NCBI GenBank assembly: GCA_029932915.1
Contig: JAOZPE010000006.1
Span: 6,384-70,383, forward strand
Reading direction: 5' to 3'
Length of the DNA stretch: 64,000 bases
DNA from: Candidatus Krumholzibacteriia bacterium
GTDB lineage: Bacteria; Krumholzibacteriota; Krumholzibacteriia; JAJRXK01
Within the stretch, counting starts at the first letter, position 1; every line of letters begins with the position of its first letter. Position numbers and translations under genes: made by a program. The notes below the pieces were generated by a model. The model worked only from the letters and a program-made list of their open reading frames with translations. It ran no database searches and was not told the DNA's origin. This document shows, in pieces, positions 1 through 9,195 of the stretch.

Positions 1-1498
1 GAAGGCCTGTCTCCAGGACCCGGTCCTCTTTCCTGCCGACGGCAGCGTGTCGGTGGCCATCGTGGTCTACGGGGACAGCAGCACCGCCGATGTGGTGGGG
101 ACCCTGACCCCGGTGACCCCGCAGAGCTGGGCAGACGTCTTCCAGCCCGCATTGGACAGCCTGTTGGTGGATCGCCTGGTGCCCACCTCCGGCGCCGATC
201 TGGCCGGAGCGATGCAGGCGGCCGGGGCAATCCTCTCCACCGGCTCGGCTGGCGACCACCATGTGCTCCTGGTGGGCAGCGGTTGGGCCGACGATCCGGA
301 CGCGGCCCGTCAGGCCTGCTCGCAGTTGCAGGGTGAGGGAGTGATGATCTCCGCCCTGGATCTCGGCGGCGGCGATCTCTTCGGCGAATGCAGCCAGGGC
401 GGATACTACGAGGCGGTCGCCGAGGGCGACATCCTTCCCTGTGAGCACGCGTTCAGCTACATGTTGCTGGTGCGTCTGAAGGCAGCGCCCGAGAGTGCGC
501 AGCTCGCTCCCGGAGAGAAGCACACGGTCGTGGCCAAGGTCTTCCGCGGCAGCGACGACCAGGCATTTCCGATCGAGGGCCTCACCATCGACTTCGCCGT
601 CACCGGTGGCCCGAACCAGGGCCTGAGCGCGTCCACCCCGAGCGATTCGCTCGGCGTGGCCCTGTTCACCTACACCGGCAGTGCAGGCGCGGGAGTCGAC
701 ACCATCCAGGTCAGCGCGCTGCATCCGGGTACCCAGGTCGCCATGGTGGACACGGTGACCGTGGAGTGGATGAACAACCCGCCGGTGTGTGACGCCGGAG
801 GTCCCTACACCGCGGTGGTCGACGCCGACACCGTGCAGGTCCAGCTGGACGGCTCCGCCAGCAGCGACGCCGACGGCGACAGTCTCCTCTACCAGTGGTT
901 CGTCGACGTGGACGGAGCCGTGCTGGACGACGCCACCCGGGTCGATCCCATCCTGACCCTCACCGGCGCCGCTCTGTGCGCCGATTCGGTGATGGTCCGG
1001 CTGCAGGTGAGCGACGCCACCGACACGTCGAGCTGCGCCGCCGAGATCGTGATCGACGATCAGAGGCCGCCGGTCCTGGTCGCCGCCGATCCGTATCTGC
1101 TGTGGCCGCCCAACCACAAGCTGCAGACCATCACGCCGGAGATGCTGATCACCACCGCCGAGGACGCCTGCGGCGCCCCGGTCGATCTGTCGGGGATCGA
1201 GATCGTCGAGGTGCGCAGCAGTGAGCCGGTGAACGATCGCGGCGACGGCAACACCGAACCCGATGTGTTCATCACCTGCCCCAACGGCCTGCAGTTGCGC
1301 GCCGAACGGGCGGGTGGAGGCCACAGCCGGGTCTACACCGTCGTCTACCGCTACACCGATGAGCAGGGGGCGGTCACCGAGCTGGAGACCCATGTCGTGG
1401 TGCCCCATGACCAGGGCCACGGCTCCATCTTCGACCTCGACGCCCCGGCGGCCTACGTGGTGGTCGGCGACTGCGGGAACACGAGGGATCCCCGCTAG
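1..1498 (+). CDS. Secreted vWA-like / Ig-like (Big_1, PKD) multidomain protein, 5'-truncated by window edge
   Basis: Frame is open upstream of 47 to the window edge (KACLQDPVLFPADGSV...). vWA-like segment (VAIVVYGD...ADLAGAMQAA...VLLVGSG), Big_1-like segment (TDSLGVALFTYTG-like), PKD-like 'NNPPVCDAGGPY...LDGSASSDADGDSLLYQW', and an 'LWPPNHKL' C-terminal beta-sandwich motif. Confidence 0.7.
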   Translation, partial: KACLQDPVLFPADGSVSVAIVVYGDSSTADVVGTLTPVTPQSWADVFQPALDSLLVDRLVPTSGADLAGAMQAAGAILSTGSAGDHHVLLVGSGWADDPDAARQACSQLQGEGVMISALDLGGGDLFGECSQGGYYEAVAEGDILPCEHAFSYMLLVRLKAAPESAQLAPGEKHTVVAKVFRGSDDQAFPIEGLTIDFAVTGGPNQGLSASTPSDSLGVALFTYTGSAGAGVDTIQVSALHPGTQVAMVDTVTVEWMNNPPVCDAGGPYTAVVDADTVQVQLDGSASSDADGDSLLYQWFVDVDGAVLDDATRVDPILTLTGAALCADSVMVRLQVSDATDTSSCAAEIVIDDQRPPVLVAADPYLLWPPNHKLQTITPEMLITTAEDACGAPVDLSGIEIVEVRSSEPVNDRGDGNTEPDVFITCPNGLQLRAERAGGGHSRVYTVVYRYTDEQGAVTELETHVVVPHDQGHGSIFDLDAPAAYVVVGDCGNTRDPR

Positions 1499-1564
1499 GG
1501 GATCCACCCCCTGGAGGCGCTGCAACAGGCGCCCAGCGGGAAGCCCGTGATGGGAACCGCTGAA

Positions 1565-1593
1565 CGGCCCGCGGAGTAGAACTCCGCGGGCCG
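1565..1593. terminator. Perfect 13-bp hairpin downstream of the first gene
   Basis: CGGCCCGCGGAGT-aga-ACTCCGCGGGCCG; only a weak U-tract follows. Confidence 0.5.
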
Positions 1594-1833
1594 GCTTCCA
1601 TCGGCCCGGCCCCCTTGTCCGGGGAGGCGGGGCGTGCTATGATGGATCCAACCCAGGCACCCGTCGGTCCGCAGCTCCCTCGCGACCAACCGGCGGTATC
1701 CCGAGTGGATGTGCGGGCCCCCTCCCTCGCCCGGCGTCCCCTGAGGAGGAGGTGTCTGGTGGCCAGGCGCTTCGGCGCTCTTCCACCGGATACTCGATTC
1801 CATGATCTACAACGATCCAGGAGGATTCTTGGC

Positions 1834-2340
1834 ATGCGTCGCTATGCAATGATCAGCTTGGCCCTGATGGGCATGCTCCTCGCCGCGTCGGCGGCCTGGG
1901 CTCAGGTCGATGTCGATTTGGCCTTCTCTCCCGACGCGGTCGCTCCGGGCGACGAAGTCACCGTCTTCTTCTCCATCGCCAATCTCGGCGATGAGGCCGT
2001 GATCGCCGATGTCGCATTGGACATCACCTTTGGCGATCAGACCTTCCCAACCCTCTTGGGGAAGATGCCTCTGCCCGCCGGGTACGAATGCAGCAAGGAG
2101 ATGACCTTCGTCGTTCCGCCGCTTCCCTACTCCGGCGACCTCACGGTCACGGTGACGGTGACAGCGGGTGAGTTCACCGACAGCGCTACCGACACGATCA
2201 CCATCCTCGAAGGCGAGATGGGTGCCGGCAGCGAGGGCGTACAGGAGATCGGACGTCAGCTTCTCGATGGGATGGGTGCCAACGCGGCCGTTCCCGCCGA
2301 GGCCCAGAGCATGGGCCAGCTGAAGTCCAATTTCCAGTAG
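1834..2340 (+). CDS. Small secreted Ig-like (CARDB-like) protein with C-terminal 'SMGQLKSNFQ' motif
   Basis: GGAGG RBS before ATG 1834; signal peptide MRRYAMISLALMGMLLAASAAWA; beta-sandwich-like body. The ORF-track start at 1615 is probably too early. Confidence 0.75.
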   Translation: MRRYAMISLALMGMLLAASAAWAQVDVDLAFSPDAVAPGDEVTVFFSIANLGDEAVIADVALDITFGDQTFPTLLGKMPLPAGYECSKEMTFVVPPLPYSGDLTVTVTVTAGEFTDSATDTITILEGEMGAGSEGVQEIGRQLLDGMGANAAVPAEAQSMGQLKSNFQ

Positions 2341-2362
2341 ACCTCAGGTGATGGACTGAAGA

Positions 2363-2392
2363 GTGGGGGGGGCCGGGGGGGCCCCCCCCCAC
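2363..2392 (+). terminator. G/C-run hairpin, likely terminator
   Basis: GT-G8-CC...GG-C9-AC inverted repeat about 20 nt after the stop at 2340. Confidence 0.5.
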
Positions 2393-2439
2393 GACTCCAT
2401 TGCAACCACACCCCCTGCTCGACACCCAACCTGAGGCGG

Positions 2440-4236
2440 TTGATCATGAAGGCTCTCTTCGATCGTGCGGCGCATGAGCGCCGACGGGAGGGTACGGGTC
2501 TTCGGCGGCATCTTCTCCATCGTCGACCGGATCGCTCCCGAGGCTCTTCCTCCCTTCTCCATCGTCTGCTCGTCGCCCTTGTCTTGGTTTCCCTCGGTGC
2601 GCTCGTTCCGCCGGCTTCCTTCCTTTCCGATCTGACTCCGGCTTCCTTCCTGTTCGCGGACGAGGCATGGGCCGATTCTTTCGTCCTGCAGCGGCACTAC
2701 CTGGGCGAGGGACTCCTCGATCAATATGGTATCGCGGTGGCGACGGCCGGCGATGTCGACCGCGACGGTTTCGACGATTTCCTGGTCGGAGCCAACGTCA
2801 ACGACGAGGTGGCAACCAGCGGAGGCAAGGTCTACCTCTACCTGGGCGGCGTCGTCTTTCCCGACAGCACATCGTTGACCTTCGCCGGGGATCGCGAGAG
2901 GGAATACCTGGGAGGGGCAGTGGCCGGCGGCGGCGATCTCAACGGCGACGGCTACGACGACTGGGCGGTGGGAGCGCCCGGGCCCGGTGTGGACGGCAAT
3001 CTGCCGGGCCGCGTCTTCATCTTCCTCGGCGGCGATCCGGTGGACATGGTGCCCGATTTCGTCGTGGAAGGCCTGACTCCCGGCGGCCAGTTCGGCAACG
3101 CCTTGGCGATGGACGGCGACCTCGACGGCGACGGCTACGACGACCTGGCGGTGGGCGCCCCCCGCGACAGTTCGGGCGTGGTCTACCTCTTCTTCGGCGG
3201 AGCGGACTTCCAGCCGACGGCCGGCGACACCCTCTTCGCGCGCGATGTGGATGAGCGCTTCGGCAAGGCGCTGGCCTACTGGCCCGGACACGGCGACGGT
3301 GGGGCCGACGGCCTGCTCGTCGGCGCGCCTCGCTCGGGACAGTCGGCAACCTGGGCCGGCGCGGTCCTGTTGTATCGCGGAGGTCCCCTCTTCGACCGCC
3401 GGGTCGATACGATCTTCGCCGGAGAGGTGGCCGGCGATGCCTTCGGCAGCGCCCTGGATGCCTCGGCCGATCTCAACGGCGACGGCTTGACGGATCTGGT
3501 GGTGGGCGCTCCCAACGTCGATCTGCCCTCTCAAGCCGACGTGGGCCGGGCCTATCTCTTCTCCGCCGCGCCGGCGGACACCCTCTTCGATCGCAGCTGG
3601 GACGGTATCTGGGACGGGGGCTATTTCGGATCCTCCGTGGCTGCCGGCTTCGACTGGGACGGCGACGGCTTGGCGGATCTGGTGGTCGGCGCCCCCTATG
3701 CGGGGACCGAGACCACCGAAGAGGGCCGGGTCTACCTCTTCGCCGGGGGGCCGGCTCCACCCTCGGCGCCCCTGGACAGCCTGATCGGGCCGGTTTCCAG
3801 CGCCCATCTGGGAATCTCGGCCGCCGACGCCGGCGATGTTCAACACGACGGCAGAAATGCTATGATCATAGGCGGCTACAACGGTGGTGACACCGGCCGG
3901 GCCCTGCTCTACGCAGCCGCGCCCCGGGGAACCGCCGCGCCGCCGCCAGTGATGAGGGACGTGGCGCGCCTGTTGAGCCCCGTTCCGAATCCCTTCAACC
4001 CGCGGGTGGAGCTGACGCTGGAACTCCCGCGCCGGGGATGGTGGACAGTGGAGATCTTCGACCAGCGCGGTCGGAGGATCGGCTGTCTCCACGATGGGAC
4101 CCTCGACGAGGGAAGCCATCACTGGAGGTGGTCTGGACGGGACGATGGCGGCAGGGAGCTTCCCTCGGGCGTGTACTTCGTGCGGGCTCGCAGCGCCGAC
4201 GAAAGTCTGGTTCGGGCCATGACCCTCATCCGCTGA
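2440..4236 (+). CDS. FG-GAP / integrin-alpha-type beta-propeller protein with C-terminal FlgD Ig-like domain
   Basis: Repeats GDVDRDGFDDFLVGA, GDLNGDGYDDWAVGA, GDLDGDGYDDLAVGA, ADLNGDGLTDLVVGA, FDWDGDGLADLVVGA; C-terminus PNPFNP...W.GRDDGGRELPSGVYFVR. Start uncertain. Confidence 0.85.
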   Translation: MIMKALFDRAAHERRREGTGLRRHLLHRRPDRSRGSSSLLHRLLVALVLVSLGALVPPASFLSDLTPASFLFADEAWADSFVLQRHYLGEGLLDQYGIAVATAGDVDRDGFDDFLVGANVNDEVATSGGKVYLYLGGVVFPDSTSLTFAGDREREYLGGAVAGGGDLNGDGYDDWAVGAPGPGVDGNLPGRVFIFLGGDPVDMVPDFVVEGLTPGGQFGNALAMDGDLDGDGYDDLAVGAPRDSSGVVYLFFGGADFQPTAGDTLFARDVDERFGKALAYWPGHGDGGADGLLVGAPRSGQSATWAGAVLLYRGGPLFDRRVDTIFAGEVAGDAFGSALDASADLNGDGLTDLVVGAPNVDLPSQADVGRAYLFSAAPADTLFDRSWDGIWDGGYFGSSVAAGFDWDGDGLADLVVGAPYAGTETTEEGRVYLFAGGPAPPSAPLDSLIGPVSSAHLGISAADAGDVQHDGRNAMIIGGYNGGDTGRALLYAAAPRGTAAPPPVMRDVARLLSPVPNPFNPRVELTLELPRRGWWTVEIFDQRGRRIGCLHDGTLDEGSHHWRWSGRDDGGRELPSGVYFVRARSADESLVRAMTLIR

Positions 4237-4265
4237 ACGAGACATCATCAGGAGAGCCCAAGATC

Positions 4266-5591
4266 ATGCGGATTCCTTCGATCTCCTTCGGACTGTTGTT
4301 CCTCGGCGCAAGCCTGGCCGCCGTGCTGAGCGGCTGCGGCCGATCCTCTTCCCCGACCGCCGTCTCCGAGGCGGCGATGGCCTCCCGTTCGAGTTCGTCC
4401 GTGCCGGGATGGAGCGCCGAGGTGCCGGACACCGGGAGCGAACACTTCCTCTACGGGGAGGCCGATCGCTGGGTGGTGCGCGTCGAGGATCCGGAGCTGG
4501 GGATGATCGAGGCGTTGGCCGCGGAGTACGGCCTCACCTTGGAGGACGTGGCCCCCGATCTGGGGCTCTTCACCGTGATCGTTCCCTCACTGCCGCCCGA
4601 GTTCTGGGGCGATCCACGGGTTCTCGCTCTGCAGCCGGACGAACAGGTTGCCCTCACTGCGCCCCAGGAAATGCTGATGGGTTTCAATGAAGGCGATTGG
4701 GACGAGGGGGACTATCCCGTCCAGGATGCGCTGGCGGGCCTGCACCTGCAGCGCGTCCATGCCCTGGCCCAGGGCAGCGGGGTCACCGTTGCGGTGCTCG
4801 ACACCGGCATCGATCCGTCGCATCCGCACCTGGCCGGACGCGTCGTGGACGATCCGTGTCCCTATCTGCCGTCTCCGGTGGAAGAGGCCAACGGGATGGA
4901 CGATGACGGCGACGGAGAGGTCGACGAGGCCTTCGGTCACGGCACCCACGTGGCCGGCATCGTGGTGACGGTGGCGCCGCAGGCGAGGATCCTGCCCTTG
5001 AAGGTCATGAACGACGATGGGGTGGGCACGAGCTACGATCTGGCACTGGGCCTGTCCCATGCGCTGGAGGCCGGGGTGCAGGTGGTGAACCTGAGCCTCT
5101 CGCTCAGCGACACCTCCGCCGTCATCGCTGGTCTGCTCGAGGATCTGCAGGACGCCGGGGTGGAAGTGGTGGCCGCGGCGGGCAACACCGGCGGGCCGGT
5201 GCTCTTCCCCGCCAGCGACCCGACGGTGGTCTCGGTGGCGGCGGTGACCGCCGACGAGGTCCTGGCCGATTTCTCCGCCCGGGGTGAGGTCGATCTAGGT
5301 GCGCCGGGTGTCCATGTGGTGTCCTCCTACCCGGGTGGAGGTACCGCGATGGCCAGTGGAACCTCCATGGCGACTGCGGTGATGAGCGGCTCGGTCGCGC
5401 TGCTGCGGGGGGAGAGCGAGATCGGACCGGTGGTGCCGTGGATGCCGCCCCTGGCCCGCAGTGCCGAGACCATCCAGCCCAGCGATGGCCTGCTCTACGG
5501 CGAGGTGGCTCCCCTGGCCGCCTTGAAACTGGCTCTGCAGCATCGTGAACTGCCCCAGATCGCCTCCGAGGTCCTCCGGCCGGAGCGCTGA
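4266..5591 (+). CDS. S8 family subtilisin-like serine peptidase, lipoprotein
   Basis: Lipobox LSGC after MRIPSISFGLLFLGASLAAV; catalytic motifs VAVLDTGID, HGTHVAG, GTSMAT; oxyanion AAAGN. Confidence 0.9.
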   Translation: MRIPSISFGLLFLGASLAAVLSGCGRSSSPTAVSEAAMASRSSSSVPGWSAEVPDTGSEHFLYGEADRWVVRVEDPELGMIEALAAEYGLTLEDVAPDLGLFTVIVPSLPPEFWGDPRVLALQPDEQVALTAPQEMLMGFNEGDWDEGDYPVQDALAGLHLQRVHALAQGSGVTVAVLDTGIDPSHPHLAGRVVDDPCPYLPSPVEEANGMDDDGDGEVDEAFGHGTHVAGIVVTVAPQARILPLKVMNDDGVGTSYDLALGLSHALEAGVQVVNLSLSLSDTSAVIAGLLEDLQDAGVEVVAAAGNTGGPVLFPASDPTVVSVAAVTADEVLADFSARGEVDLGAPGVHVVSSYPGGGTAMASGTSMATAVMSGSVALLRGESEIGPVVPWMPPLARSAETIQPSDGLLYGEVAPLAALKLALQHRELPQIASEVLRPER

Positions 5592-5613
5592 GACCACTTT
5601 CTTTCGTCGATCC

Positions 5614-5643
5614 CACGGGGAATCACGGGGAATCGCGGGAAAT
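5614..5643 (+). repeat. 10-bp tandem repeat x3 upstream of the polysaccharide operon
   Basis: CACGGGGAAT CACGGGGAAT CGCGGGAAAT. Confidence 0.7.
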
Positions 5644-5771
5644 TCCAGGGTGCGCCCGCTCTGGTCCGATTCGTGCAGCCTTGTTACCATCCGGCTGTCC
5701 ATGAGCTTTCCGTGGAAGCACACCGTCTCCATCATCGCGCCGCGTCACCACCGGTGACGGGCGAGGAATCC

Positions 5772-7166
5772 ATGCAGGAAGACCCTTCCGGCCGCCCGCC
5801 CTTGCGCGTCGCCCTCTTGAGTCCCTCGGGTTGGGGCAATCTGGGCGATGCGGCCATCCAGGACGCGGTGATCCAGGCCATCCGTCGCCGCGACCGCCGG
5901 GCGCGGATCGAGGCCTTCACCCTTCGCCCCTCGGATACCCGCCGCCGCCATGGCATCGAAGCCGACGTGTTGTCCGGTTTCGGGGTGATCCCCGGGTACC
6001 GGGTGGAGGCCGAGGATCGCGAGGAGACCGACCGCCTCCTGCCTCCGCCTCCTTCCCCGGCCGCCTCGGATGGGGAGGAAGCGAGCCCCGGGGGGGAGGA
6101 CCAGGCCGCATCCCCGGATCCCTCTTCCTCTGCTTCCGTGGAAACGGCGCCCCCGGCGGGGGTTCTTCGAAGGTTGGCCGCCGCGGCCGACGACCTTCTC
6201 TACCGGATCCTGCTCGACACGCGCTATCTGCGCCGTCTGCGGCGCAAGTTGAAGGACTTCGATCTGGTCCTGGTGTCCGGAGGCGGACAGGTCGACGCCG
6301 AATGGGGAGGGGCCTTCGGCCATCCCTGGACCCTGGCCAAGTGGTCGTTGCTGTGCCGTTCGCTGGGCCTGCCCTTCCACGTGCTCGCAGTCGGGGTCCA
6401 CCACCTCGATTCCACCTGGAGCCGTCTCTTCGCCCGCATCGCCCTGCGCAACGCCCATCGGGTGAGCTTTCGTGACGAGATCTCCCTGCTCCGGGCACGG
6501 CAGTTGCGACTGGTGGAGGACGCCGCGGTGGTGCCCGACCTGGCCTTCGCCCACGAGGCGCTCGATCCGCGGAACTGGGTGGAGGGGGAGCGAGGCGTGG
6601 TGGCCGTGGGTCCGATGTCCTGGTGCGATCCCCGGGTGTGGCCGCGGCGCGATCGGGCTGCCTACGAGGGGTATCTCAGGCGCCTGGCCGACTTCGTGCA
6701 CCTTCTGCTGGAGGAGGGCCGCAGGGTGATCCTCCTGCCCGGAGACACGAGCGACGGCTGGGCCGCCGGCGATCTGATCGATGTCCTCCGGCGCGGGTTC
6801 CCCGAGGACCACTCGCGGCTGGACGAGAAGAGGGTGGAGATCCCCGAGATCGGAACCGTCGACGAGCTGCTGGGCGCCCTGCGCCGGGCCGAGTTGGTGG
6901 TCACCAGCCGCCTGCACGGTCTTCTCCTGGCCGCTGCCCTGGGACGGCCGACCCTCGCGGTGGTCTACGACCGGAAGGTCGATACCCTGGCCCGGGATCT
7001 GCAACTCGGTGATTACCTGGTGGATATCGAGAGCTTCGACGTGGTATCGCTTCGATCGAACTTCGACCGCCTCCAGGAGGACGCTCCGACGGTGCGGGCG
7101 AATCTGCGCCGGATCGTGAGCGCCTACCGCCGGCGGTTGGATGAGATCTTCGAGGAGGTTCTCTGA
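5772..7166 (+). CDS. Polysaccharide pyruvyl transferase family protein
   Basis: GWGNLGDAAI, VSGGGQ, VSFRDEIS, VPDLAF, VVTSRLHGLLLA and YDRKV motifs; stop overlaps the wzm start. Confidence 0.85.
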   Translation: MQEDPSGRPPLRVALLSPSGWGNLGDAAIQDAVIQAIRRRDRRARIEAFTLRPSDTRRRHGIEADVLSGFGVIPGYRVEAEDREETDRLLPPPPSPAASDGEEASPGGEDQAASPDPSSSASVETAPPAGVLRRLAAAADDLLYRILLDTRYLRRLRRKLKDFDLVLVSGGGQVDAEWGGAFGHPWTLAKWSLLCRSLGLPFHVLAVGVHHLDSTWSRLFARIALRNAHRVSFRDEISLLRARQLRLVEDAAVVPDLAFAHEALDPRNWVEGERGVVAVGPMSWCDPRVWPRRDRAAYEGYLRRLADFVHLLLEEGRRVILLPGDTSDGWAAGDLIDVLRRGFPEDHSRLDEKRVEIPEIGTVDELLGALRRAELVVTSRLHGLLLAAALGRPTLAVVYDRKVDTLARDLQLGDYLVDIESFDVVSLRSNFDRLQEDAPTVRANLRRIVSAYRRRLDEIFEEVL

Positions 7167-7951
7167 TGCCCTCCCACCTGCGGGAGTTGATGCGCTACCG
7201 CGAACTGCTGCGCAGCCTGACGTGGCGGGAGATCCACATCAAGTACAAGCAGTCGATCATGGGCATCCTGTGGGCGGTGCTCATGCCGATGATCGTCGTG
7301 TCGGCCGGGATCCTGGTGAAGTACGCCGCTTCGCGCCTGGCCCACACCGAATTCAACACCACCGAGGTGGCCTCCATCTCGGTGCGCGCGGTTCCCTGGG
7401 CCTTCTTCGTGTCCGCTCTTCGCTTCTCCACCGGCAGCCTCATCGCCAACACGAACCTGGTGACGCGCATCTACTTCCCCAAGGAGATCTTCCCCCTGGC
7501 CTCGGTCGGCTCGCAGTTGCTCGATTTCACGGTGGCCTCCGGTGTGCTCACGGTCTTGTTGGCGGCCCTGCGCGTGGGTTGGTCCATCGAGCTTCTCTGG
7601 GTGCCGCTGCTCGTTCTGCTGCTGGTGATGCTGGTGGCCGGACTGGGGATCTTCCTCTCGGCCGCCGCGCTCTTCTTCCGCGACGTGAAATACCTGGTCG
7701 AGGTCTTCCTGACCTTCGCCATCTTCTTCACCCCGGTGTTCTACGATGTCTCGCTCTTCGGGAAGTGGGCGAAGGTGCTCCTGCTCAATCCGGTGGCACC
7801 CATCCTGGAGGCGATGGATGCGGTCATCGTCGACCATCAGCCTCCGGAACTCATGTGGTTGGCCTACAGCGCGGCGATGGCCCTGGTGATCCTCGCCGGC
7901 TCCTATTCCTTCTTCAAACGCTCCGAGCCTCTCTTCGCCGAGAGCATCTAG
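7166..7951 (+). CDS. wzm: ABC-2 polysaccharide export permease
   Basis: LTWREIHIKYKQSIMGILWAVLMP...RIYFPKEIFP...FFRDVKYLV...TPVFY...LLNPV; six TM-like segments. Confidence 0.92.
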   Translation: MPSHLRELMRYRELLRSLTWREIHIKYKQSIMGILWAVLMPMIVVSAGILVKYAASRLAHTEFNTTEVASISVRAVPWAFFVSALRFSTGSLIANTNLVTRIYFPKEIFPLASVGSQLLDFTVASGVLTVLLAALRVGWSIELLWVPLLVLLLVMLVAGLGIFLSAAALFFRDVKYLVEVFLTFAIFFTPVFYDVSLFGKWAKVLLLNPVAPILEAMDAVIVDHQPPELMWLAYSAAMALVILAGSYSFFKRSEPLFAESI

Positions 7952-7960
7952 GGGGAAGCG

Positions 7961-9181
7961 ATGGCCGAGATTGCGTTGAGGATGGACCATGTGAGCAAGA
8001 AGTTCCGCAAGGGCGAGATCCACGACTCCCTGCGCGATCTCATCCCCGCTCTGACCGGCCGCTTCCTGCGCCGCAGCGATCAGCTCGAGCGGCAGGAGTT
8101 CTGGGCTCTGCAGGATATCTCCTTCGAGGTGCGACGCGGAGAGGCCTTCGGCATCATCGGCCCCAACGGAGCAGGCAAGTCGACCATCCTCAAACTGATG
8201 AGCGGGATCTTCCAGCCCACCCGGGGCACCCTCGAGGTCAACGGGACCCTGTCCGCACTGATCGAGGTCGGCGCCGGCTTCCATCCCGATCTCACTGGCC
8301 GGGAGAACATCTACCTGAACGGGGCGATCCTGGGGATGCGGCGCGAGGAGATCGAGGCCAAGTTCGATCAGATCGTCGAGTTCTCGGGTCTGGGCGAGTT
8401 CCTGGACACCCCGGTGAAGCGCTATTCCTCGGGCATGTACGCCCGTCTGGGCTTCTCGGTGGCGGCCCATGTCGACCCGGACGTGCTGGTGGTGGACGAG
8501 GTCTTGAGTGTGGGCGACCTGGTATTCCAGCGCCGCTGTCTCGAACGGATGAGTGAGATCCTCACCGGCGGCGCGACGGTTCTCTTCGTCTCGCACAACC
8601 TGCACGCGGTGGCCGAACTCTGCTCCCGCAGCCTGCTGCTGGACAAGGGCCGGGTAGCCCGGATCGGACCGAGCAGCGAGGTCATCTCCGAGTACCTCAC
8701 GCAGGCCTCCGGAGCGCGGAGGCAGCGGGGAGGACCGGTCGAGATCCTCGGAGCGGGCCTGAGCAATGCAGCCGGGGAGACCCTGCGCTTCGAGACCGGG
8801 GAGACGGTCGTCGCCGAGGTCGAACTGGTGGCGCACGAGGCGGTGGAGAAGGTGGCCGTCGTGCTCGATGTCCTCGGGGAGGACCAATACGAACTCTTCA
8901 GCACCTCGACCGAGCGCCTGGGCCACCCACCGGTCGATCTGGCGGGGGGCGAACGCCTGCGTTGCCGCTTCGAGCTCGACCTGCACCTGGCCCAGGGCAG
9001 CTATCGTCTGGGCGTTCACGCCTACCGCTACGACCTGGAGCGCGCCTACGACAGCCTCGTTCCCGCCTGCACCTTCTACGTCAGTTCGGACATCTCCGTC
9101 CGGGGCGCGGTCAACTGCCACCCGCGCTTGCTGGAGCAGAGGACCTTCGAGGCCGCGTCGTCTTCCCCGGCTGAGAGTTGA
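7961..9181 (+). CDS. wzt: Polysaccharide ABC transporter ATP-binding protein with Wzt C-terminal domain
   Basis: Walker A GPNGAGKST, signature YSSGM, Walker B VLVVDEVL; ~150-aa C-terminal Wzt_C-like beta-sandwich. Confidence 0.92.
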   Translation: MAEIALRMDHVSKKFRKGEIHDSLRDLIPALTGRFLRRSDQLERQEFWALQDISFEVRRGEAFGIIGPNGAGKSTILKLMSGIFQPTRGTLEVNGTLSALIEVGAGFHPDLTGRENIYLNGAILGMRREEIEAKFDQIVEFSGLGEFLDTPVKRYSSGMYARLGFSVAAHVDPDVLVVDEVLSVGDLVFQRRCLERMSEILTGGATVLFVSHNLHAVAELCSRSLLLDKGRVARIGPSSEVISEYLTQASGARRQRGGPVEILGAGLSNAAGETLRFETGETVVAEVELVAHEAVEKVAVVLDVLGEDQYELFSTSTERLGHPPVDLAGGERLRCRFELDLHLAQGSYRLGVHAYRYDLERAYDSLVPACTFYVSSDISVRGAVNCHPRLLEQRTFEAASSSPAES

Positions 9182-9195
9182 GGTGCCGTGCTGCC

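Noticed and set aside
2511-2651. Small duplications at the 5' end of the FG-GAP gene (CTTCTCCATCGTC x2; CCGGCTTCCTTCCT x2 at 27-bp period)
   Set aside because: Only two copies each, and the 27-bp one is in frame; likely neutral slippage in the signal region, not a switch.
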